64,000 bases of DNA from Octopus vulgaris (taxonomy: Eukaryota): positions 64,108,001-64,172,000 of the forward strand of contig OX597831.1 of NCBI GenBank assembly GCA_951406725.2. The letters are read 5' to 3'. The notes under the pieces are model-generated. The model ran no database searches, was not told the DNA's origin, and worked only from the letters and a program-made list of their open reading frames with translations. Shown here in pieces: positions 54,401 through 64,000 of the stretch. The position numbers and the translations under genes are program-made. Each line of letters starts with the position of its first letter. The stretch's first letter is position 1.

Positions 54401-54586
54401 GACTCACAAGAGTGCTCGGGGGGGGGGGGGTGCCTTCGACAAGGCACTCCGCGACTTGCGTGGAATTACAGCTGAAATTGACAAAGAAGTAACGGCATTG
54501 TCAGAGGCTTCCGTCACAGATCCTGTCAGTGACTTCAAAAGGAACACAAGGGAATAAAAACCGTTCTCCACCATCATTTTGGAGCA

Positions 54587-54647
<61 letters not shown>

Positions 54648-55254
54648 TTTTAAAGCAGTTTTCACTTTTATTTAACCCTGTATTTATATTTATTGCGCAT
54701 GGATTAGGCAGATGTCATTTACAGAATTAGATTACGAAATATACTTTTCCTATTCTTTACACACTGGACTCCGATAAACGTAGAAGAGAACCATATATTT
54801 TCTAACATGGAAATGGATTTTTGCGAGAAACCAAACAATGCTTTATTAAACCGGATATACCTTTATTAAGAACAACTTTGGGTTACTTATGTTTACTTTT
54901 CGTTCTGGGCAACGCCTTGTATTCTGTGTGTGTGTGACATTTTTGCATGTGTTAGTGTATGAGTGCCTGCATGTGTGTATGTGTGTATGTGTACGAATAT
55001 AGAGTGCGTATTACCAAATGAATTGATAATGAAAATACATATATACATGAACTGATAATGAAGACACACACACACACATACACACACACATACACACACG
55101 CACATACACACACACGCACATACACAAACAGAATACTTGGCGTTCCCCAAAATGAAAAGAAAACATGAATTACTCAATGTTGATCTTAATGTATGTTTGT
55201 GTTTGTGCATATGTATGTCCACCTTTATTATCATACGAATCGATAATGTAAATC

Positions 55255-55810
55255 GTGACATTATTGGAAGTTCACGCGATTTGCTATTTGTTGAATTTTG
55301 GCCGTCCTTTACAAAACACTCCCTATTATCCCCTAGAGTATGGCATTATTCATACCTTTAACAGGGAAGCTGATATGAAAGCCATAATGCAGGCCTTAAA
55401 GTTTCTGTATTTGTTTGATAATATCCCCTGGGTAAAAGAGAAAGGTGAACCGTTGTTTGATGTCTTGAGTGGTAGTTTCACGAAGCTAAGTTAATAGGCT
55501 CGTACATTCTATACATACTTCAAACAAATGTAACTCTTTGGATATAGGTTTATACTTCATAATATGAACGGCAACTGTCTAGACAGATTTTAAAAGATTG
55601 AGAGAAACTTTCAAAGCATTTCATTGAAAGATAACTATCAGAATTGACATAACTGTAGTAAACTTTTTACTTATAAACTTTAGACTCCAAGATTGGCAAA
55701 TACTACATACAAGAAAATTTAATGAAAAATTGAATTAATATGCATTCTAACAACGACACAAAAGTCATAAAGCTTCACTCAGAAAGATTAACAGACGTCT
55801 CACAAAGACG
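55255..55810 (+). mobile_element. Penelope-like (Neptune-type) RT relic
   Basis: VEFWPSFT, IMQA...YLFDNIPWVKEKGEPLFDVLSGSF, IGSYIL motifs. Confidence 0.75.
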
Positions 55811-55929
55811 CCTTCAGGCGAGTTATCATTTAATAGTGTTACAGACTACTAGTTCAGGAGTCCTTCGCCTAACATCATTATGTTATGACCTTCACTGTTG
55901 AAATACACGTAATGCAACCCTTTCTTATT

Positions 55930-56250
55930 CTGTTACTAGGTAGGTTGCCTAAGTGAGACATTAAAGGCCAGAGTGTGATCTTATGCTTCTACCTTTATTC
56001 CTCCGCTTAAAATAGGTCAAATCAATGTCATTTGTAAATATAGAAGCTATCCTTTGTTGTTTGTACCTACTAGTCTTGATGTCCAAGTTATAGATTTCTT
56101 CTAGAGTCCAGTCTAATGTGCCAAATGTTAGTACTAGCACTGTCACTACGAAAGCGTTGCGGAATATGGTTTTATGGAGTGCAGGTGGTTCTGCCTTTCA
56201 TACCTTCCAAATTCTGCTAAAATAGTATTTTGTTATTAGCTTTACTCGCA
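55930..56250 (-). mobile_element. R4/Dong LINE fragment
   Basis: YFSRIWKV...NAFVVTVL..TFG.LDWT.EEI..LD.KT...Y.KR..KGR. Confidence 0.65.
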
Positions 56251-57995
56251 GCACCAACTTACGCAATTTTCTCATTGATTCTGAGATATTTGTAATATTG
56301 GTTTCAAATTTTGGCATAAATTCGAGAGAAGGGGTAAGTCGATTAGATCGACCCCAGTGTTCAACTGGTACTTTGTATCGGCCTCGAAAGGATGTCAAAG
56401 TCTAAGTGGGCTGCAGTTAGAAGAAAACAGATTCTCTCATAGACAACTCTCAGTTGGAAGTTTAAAGAGGTTTTTTTTTCCAACACAGTAGATGCGGAAA
56501 AACTGTTTCCCCCCATGAAACTCAATGGTTGGTATGAGTTTTGCCACAAGTCGATATTGTGAAAATATAAATATTTTATGAATAATATAATGTTCAATAA
56601 TTAAATGGTATTTTAAACAAATTTTCATATTTGTGAGGGGGAGGCAGCCATTTTTATTTCCTATGCTTATGCTTATTATAATAAGTGTTTATAGCTCAAC
56701 AGTTATACAACTTTTACCGTATGACCGAAAACATTTTTAGTTCAGTTTTCTTCAAAGGGTCGAATGATACAAGCTTATAAAATCACTGAAACAGAAGATC
56801 ATTTGAAAAGGCTGGTAATGAATCGCAAAAGAAATGCTACAGTAGGGAAATGTGAAACCAAATTCCAAAGACAAGTCTTCTCGAATGGATGAAGCTAAGT
56901 AATCAAACAAGAGAAAAATGAAAAGGAGAAAGGGTGCATTATCTTCAAGAAGCCATCACCCAAAATCAAACATTTAAAAATGGAAATGGCCAGTTAAAGG
57001 AGAACAGCACTTAATTATAAAGCACAGGTTATTAATATGATTCAGTTGTTTCTATTTGCTTTGTGGAGTGAAAAAGTAGAAAGAAGTTTTATATATAAGC
57101 TGTCAAACTGGGAGGGTTAAATGACAACCCATATCAATAACCCCAAAGCCACAAACCCGCTGTTTATAGAAAGTACAACAGAATCAAGTGACTTCCTTTC
57201 TAAGGCAAAAGATACGATATTTGTTGCTAAATGACTTCTTTTGAAGTAACAGGATGTGATAAAGGAAAATGGGTGGATACATTCAAAACACAAACGCAAT
57301 TTTATCCATACGCAGCATCAATTTATCCTTCCACTTCCAAATCGTGATTTAAACACAAACGGGGATGAATCAATGCTAATGATAACATTCCAGATGATTT
57401 TGAGGAACTTGTCTTTGACATTCAGATAATGATGCAATACAATGATTATGGGAAGAAATTTAAAACTACTCTTGAAAATAAGGATAAAACGGATATGAGC
57501 GTTATCATATATATATACAAAATGCCCTCTTGAGAACATGAACGTCGTTTTAATGCTCCCATTTGCCATGTGGCTATCATTTTAATTGTTAGAGAAGAGT
57601 TTCAAGAAGAGACGTAATTCTTCAGAAATGTGACCACTCTTTCATCGGAATATCAGAAGCACACTGCTCATGTGATCGATGGGAATACCTTCTCATGTTT
57701 TCTTTGAATGTATTAGGGTTAAGTGGTTGAGGGTCTTTGATAAACAGTATCAGAACTATTGATGTAGCAGAGAAGGCTCATGTAACTGAGAAAAGAGCCA
57801 AGAAGATTTGTGGAAAGCTTCTTGAAAGCTAGAGAAATATACAATTCTGGGGTTCAGATCAACTTCTTTAAACGCCTCTTAAAAAACAGTGTCACCCCTA
57901 AGAGGATCATAAACCTTCACTAATCCAAATAGATTAGCGCTCCTGGATTTCAAAATGCCCTGACTTTCATACACAATATATGCATAAAAAACTCC

Positions 57996-58367
57996 GGATC
58001 TTTTCGGTTTGAACGGCAGTTTTTTCTAGCAGTGTCATATGAAATTGTCACCCATAATTATGACCCTAGAATCGATCTATTGCATTTCAATCTCTTTTAG
58101 GGTTAGGGTTAGGGTTAGGGGTGGGGGAAGGGTATCTTTTTTTCTTCACAAATATAAATAAACCCAATCTGTTTCTTAAACGAGGCACTTAATGTTTTCA
58201 CCTCAATAGACGTCATTGATTGGTTAAAATTGCAACTATAGAATTTTCTCAATAAAGCCAAGAGAAAAAGATGTTTTATAAACACATTCTACCAGAATAC
58301 GAAGTTTTAAAGTGTTTAGTTACGTGGAAATTATTTTTAAAAACTGCCGGTCAAACCGAAAAGATCC
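57996..58367 (+). mobile_element. TTAGGG-containing MITE, copy 3
   Basis: Same TIRs; flanks AAAACTCC / GAAACTCC; small internal deletions. Confidence 0.85.
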
Positions 58368-58874
58368 GAAACTCCTGTGGCATCTTTATAGATTATTCAC
58401 CAATATATCAGATTACTTCCAGAATGGATATCATAAAAGCCGACATCCAGACAGGATAACCTCTCTCGTAATAGGGTATTTACTTGCATTTCCACTCTCA
58501 CTCCATAATGTTAATTTTCTCTTACCAGAAGAATTAAATCCAAAGAGTTGTCTCTCATTATCAAATGTTCCAGACTAGTGAATGTTTTAGTACATCACCT
58601 GACCGATGTCAGCCAATGAAAATAGATTCTATCCATTGTTTCTTAAAAACCCACACCAAGTTTCTCTCGTTCGTCTTTTTGTTGCCTGGTTTATATCAAA
58701 TTGCAAGAAACTATCGGTAGACACGAAGAGGATTATAAGCTTCTTCCTGAATAAATGAACTCTGACATATATTTTGAGAACTCTGTCATTCGCTTGGACC
58801 TCCAAGCATCGGTGTACGTGCGTACCTGTGCAAATGTGCTTATATATCTGTATATATTATGTAAGTGTATACAG

Positions 58875-58875
58875 G

Positions 58876-58964
<89 letters not shown>

Positions 58965-59099
58965 ATATATATATATATATATAATATATATGTATGTGTA
59001 TATATATATATATACATATATATTTATATATACATACACACACACGCATATACATATATATTTATATATATAAATATATATTCCCGTTTGGATTAAAAT

Positions 59100-59140
<41 letters not shown>

Positions 59141-59300
59141 ATGTATGCCTGTATATATATATATATATACATACATACATACATACATACATACGTATGT
59201 GTATACATATATGCATATATATATATATATATATATGTACATATATGTACATGTATATGTAAATATATATATATACATATGCTTATATAGATATGATGTA

Positions 59301-59334
<34 letters not shown>

Positions 59335-59405
59335 TACATATTTGCATATCTATATAAGCATATGTATATATATATATGCGCGCATGCGTACACACGCGCA
59401 CACAC
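58875..59405. repeat. (TA)/(CA)/(ACAT) low-complexity tract
   Basis: Direct tandem repeats. Confidence 0.95.
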
Positions 59406-59766
59406 AGAATGATAAATGCCACAATGGCCGATACGTGTCGCCAGCCTAAATCAATTAACTAATGCTTAAACTAATATTAGTAGATTGTTGTTTGCCAGAC
59501 AAATTCCTCTGTGTAGATCCGAGATACACGGCCAATCAAGTAAACCGTCTCTCTTATAACTTGCCGCAGAAATCGATAAACGCTATTGAGATCGGTCCCT
59601 TAGAAAGAAGCTGACACTAAATCTAGAAAGCGGACAATTTATTCATAATATACTTTGGATGTTTGGGTAGGTAGGCAAGTCAGGACAGACGATAAGAAAA
59701 TTGAATATCTAATTACTGATCTTACTAATGCAAACTGCAGGCCAGTATCTACTATCATATGTGCTC

Positions 59767-59788
59767 TTGTTGTTGCTGCTGCTGTGGC

Positions 59789-59837
<49 letters not shown>

Positions 59838-59839
59838 GC

Positions 59840-59905
<66 letters not shown>

Positions 59906-60024
59906 GGCGGCTGTTGTTACTATTTGCAGTGAACGGACATATCTAACATTGTTCTGGAGAAAAATTAAATTTCACCATGTTTTTTACTTGGAGTGGGGAA
60001 ATAGAAATTTGTCCTTGAAAAAGA

Positions 60025-60115
<91 letters not shown>

Positions 60116-60256
60116 GGTGGTGGTGGTGGTGGTGGTGGTTGTAGTGGTGGTGGCGGTGGTAGTGGTGGTAGTAGTAGTAGTAGTTGTATAAGCAGCAGCA
60201 GCAACAGTAATAGTAGTAGTAGCAGCAGCAGTAGTAGTAGTAGTAGTAGTAGTAGT

Positions 60257-60297
<41 letters not shown>

Positions 60298-60304
60298 TAG
60301 TAGT

Positions 60305-60384
<80 letters not shown>

Positions 60385-60420
60385 AAGAAGAAGAAGAAGC
60401 AGCAGTTTATGTTGTTGTTG
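59767..60420. repeat. (GTT/GCT) and (TAG/TGG/CAG) microsatellites
   Basis: Direct tandem repeats. Confidence 0.95.
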
Positions 60421-61757
60421 TTATAGTAGCATATCTCTCTAAGTTGACCTCGGCTGAGTACAACTTAAGCTGAGTATTGACTGAGTTTTAACTTCATATC
60501 AGGAATAAAATCTCGTATATAATTACAAAGTTAAAGCTATATTAAATAAATTCAGCTTTTGAAATTCAGGTAAATTTTAAATAAGCTGTCATTTTCTGAC
60601 AAATTTACCGACATAAACTACACGGAAGCTCTTAAAAATCTGATGGATAAGCAAAAGCTAAAAATGTAATTGGTAATCGGCTTAACCGCAGTAATTGTCA
60701 GCGGTCGCCATTTTTGTGATTACGTATACTCTCCTGTGTGTATTTGCATGTACGTCTATGTGCCTTTGATATACGTATGTATATGTGTATGTTTTCGATA
60801 TATGTTTGTACGTGTGCTGTATTACTGTAATATGAAAGTGTGTTTGATATCTACATTACATATATTTGTATCCATTTCTATGTTATATCCACGTGTTATT
60901 GTATATACATTTATATATGTATGTCATCTGCATATGTTTGTGTGTATGGTTGTGTTTCGCCTGTACACTTGTTTATGCGTTGACTTCGATTCGCTACGCA
61001 CCACTGTTATCCTCGATCAATTTTAACAAGTTTATATCTAATTTCATTTTGATTTATCTCGAACCTAGAACGGTAAGGTTTATTGCTTACTGAACTAGCA
61101 GTATGGCACTGCTGTAATCTAATCGGATTTTATGAATTCTATAAGAATTTGCTTAGACTTGCTTCTGATATGTGACAGCAACAGGGTGTTCCTTTAATTT
61201 GTCAACTTATATTAATTATTCTCGGCAATGTTTAATAGCAAATCAGTATTTCAGAGCAACTTCAAAATAAAACTTTGATAATAAAACCTATTCAGATTAA
61301 AAACCACATTTTATCTTGTCACTCGTATTTATTGAACAAGAAATTAGATATCTTGGTGTGGCATTTAATTATATAACTACCATTGTAGCAGCATATATTT
61401 CTGGTTTGTGTTACATGTAAGCTGAGAGATATTTGTGTGCTTAAGCAATTAGTAATATATTTGTCATTGAAAGCAGCTGATACTATAGCAGTTTACGTTA
61501 TAAATGTTAAGATCGATTTTTATAGATCCAGGATGTAATTTATTAGTTCTGATATCGAAACCAACAATGGCTCTCTCCTTGCTAATAAGTGTGAACACAA
61601 CTTTGGGGGACGGACAACAGATTTTTTTAAGATTTTGCATAGTTTTTTCTATAGATTTGTACCGCTGGAAAGGTAACTTGGCTTCATATAGAGACTAGCA
61701 CGAAGAATAGTTTCGAGAGTCCATTCAATGCATTTAAACTTTAAAATCATTACAACT

Positions 61758-62093
61758 TGCATAGCGAGTGACTTGATCTGAGATCGTGTGCTGGAACGAA
61801 GACAATTGCAGCGTGGAAGGTGTTTATAAGCCATTTAAGAAACACACAAAAACCGTTAGATTCACATCAACATTTAAATTTAATTTGTCAAAATGCTTTC
61901 CTCTCTTTGAGACCGCGACCTGTTCACTGACAAAGCTTCGAAGTTTTTTCAGCACGAAGTTTTGTCAGTGAACAGATCACAGTCTCAAAGCAACGAAAAT
62001 ACTTTGACTAATTAAATTTAAATGTTGAAGTGAATCTAACGGTTTTGTGTATTTCTTAAATGGCTTATAAACACCTTCCACGCTGCAATTGTT
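61758..62093. mobile_element. Palindromic PLE-type element with an HHR motif on each strand (copy 2)
   Basis: Inverted arms; perfect 12-bp TSD ATCATTACAACT at 61746-61757 and 62094-62105. Confidence 0.85.
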
Positions 62094-62560
62094 ATCATTA
62101 CAACTATTTTATAGATGATACAAATAATACAAGTACTTTCCTTTGAGCACAAACTTTGGGAGTTTCATAGGCAAACCTTAAGATCTTCGGAAAACTAGGA
62201 AACCGGAATAATGTATTGAATCACAACCGATTCAACATTTGCATATTCTGAGGAATAGTGGGAGCACTTGAAGTTATACATGTTACATTCGATGAAGGGC
62301 AGAACGACGTCGGAGGGAGAGAACTTTCCTTTCTCCCTAATGAAGAAAGCGTCTTCCCATGAATGATGAGGATTTTTATAAATGCTACCAATATCTACAT
62401 TTCATTGATGCTAAATACTTACTGACCATTCAACGTAAATGTACATACTCACTCACACACACACACACACATACACACACGCATATATATATATATATAT
62501 ATATACATATATATACACATATATATATACATATATATATACATACATGTGCATACATAC

Positions 62561-62595
<35 letters not shown>

Positions 62596-62605
62596 CATAC
62601 ATGTG

Positions 62606-62665
<60 letters not shown>

Positions 62666-63176
62666 TATATTAATAGTTATCGCCATACTAATATGGCAGT
62701 CTAAATATAAGACTAAAGCTGTTGCTGATTAGCTCCAAGAGGCCACCGCCTCTAGCTAGCTATGACACACGAACCTGCGTCCATTACAACCTTCGAACAG
62801 GGGAGGTCAGCCGCTTCACCTTGCTAGTCAGACATCTGCAGACATGTTTCAGGGTTGTTGTCCTTTATCAATGGCGATAACTATTAATATCCAGTAACGC
62901 TGCCGTAATCTCCTTTAGAGAGACTTAGTAATTTTAATATTTCTATTATTGAAAACAAGTGGATGTATTCCACTGTAACTAGGTAAATAAAATCTTCGAA
63001 CAGACGATCAGTAGGGACACCTGCTGGTTCTGACTACGCTGCATTGATGTCTACACCACCTGTCTTCGTCTTTTGTTTTTTTTGGGGGGGGGCTTGTGAA
63101 TTCTCCCTATATATACATATATATATACATATATATATACATATATATATATATACATACATACATACAAACATAC

Positions 63177-63207
<31 letters not shown>

Positions 63208-63495
63208 CATACATACATACATACAAACATGTATATCAAATAACTGTCTAACCGTACTCCTTGTTGATTCTATCATATATACATACGTATATATATATAT
63301 TTTTAAGGTGTATTTCGTTAGGAACGTAGCAGAGTACAAAATAGAGCTCGTTCACCCTTAGAATTACTAAATAGCCGATAGTATTACGGTATATTTCCAG
63401 GTCTAGGTTTAGGCATTTCTTTTTTTTTGTGTGTGAAAATAAAATTCATATGATAGAGTCAACAAGAAGGAGTACGGTTAGACAGATTTTTGATA

Positions 63496-63600
63496 ATCAC
63501 CACACATGTTTCGATACAACATAGATATTCCTATATACAGGCTTTAAATTAAGCAACGGTTTATCTGCATAATGGTATCCAGTTGTATTCTTCAGGTCAT
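63496..63600 (-). ncRNA. Degenerate hammerhead motif in PLE relic
   Basis: ATGAC-CTGAAGA-ATACAAC...GTTGTATC-GAAA-CATGTG-TG-GTGAT; cleavage triplet mutated to GUG. Confidence 0.5.
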
Positions 63601-63859
63601 ATACAATTGCTATCCCTTTTAGTTACAAAACCTTCGACTTCGATGATGCTAACACATCCATCTGCCTCGTTTAAATTTAGTAGAACGCTGACAGTTTCAA
63701 TCCGCTCGCTGTCAACGTGCGTCTGCACGCCCACCAAGAGCGGTATTGGACACACTAGCTGTCCACTTTGTTCCACATGTTATGCTGTACATACGAGATT
63801 CATTACTCGACCTTCAGTATTCGTTGGCCCCGATGCTCACAGCGTCTCCCATATATATA

Positions 63860-63895
<36 letters not shown>

Positions 63896-63975
63896 TGTAT
63901 GTATGTATGTATGTATGTATGTATGTATGCATGTATGCATGCTTGTATGCATGTATGTATGTAGGTATGTATATA

Positions 63976-64000
63976 CTAGCAGTATAACCCGGCTTTGCCC
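63976..64000 (-). mobile_element. Helitron 3' end (continues beyond window)
   Basis: Minus strand GGGCAAAGCCGGGTTATACTGCTAG|T. Confidence 0.7.

Noticed and set aside
56650-57950. Tc1-like and Penelope-like relics
   Set aside because: Suggestive residues only; boundaries and identity not supportable by eye.

Overview
AT-rich, microsatellite-dense, repeat-dominated eukaryotic DNA with no recognisable intact host protein-coding gene. The SINE families and overall repeat landscape look like an octopus (coleoid cephalopod) intergenic or large-intron region; this is inferred from recalled repeat families, not from a database search. Most ORFs in the supplied track are translations of (TA)n, (CA)n, (ACAT)n or (TAG)n tracts. 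Supported content: three tRNA-derived SINE families in many copies; decayed R4/Dong, RTE, Tx1/L1-like and Penelope-like (PLE) retroelements; two mariner fragments; Helitron Rep and PIF1-helicase relics plus non-autonomous Helitrons; and three copies of a TTAGGG-carrying MITE with 8-bp TSDs. The most notable signal is a set of hammerhead-ribozyme (HHR) motifs in PLE-type repeats. It includes a palindromic element, present twice, with an HHR on each strand whose core is GUGAACA (compensatory G3:C8 instead of C3:G8). Also notable are a ~0.6-kb near-perfect inverted duplication, a head-to-tail Helitron junction, one SINE head with three different tails, and a structured mini-RTE with a possible HDV-like fold. 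Coordinates of decayed elements are approximate.
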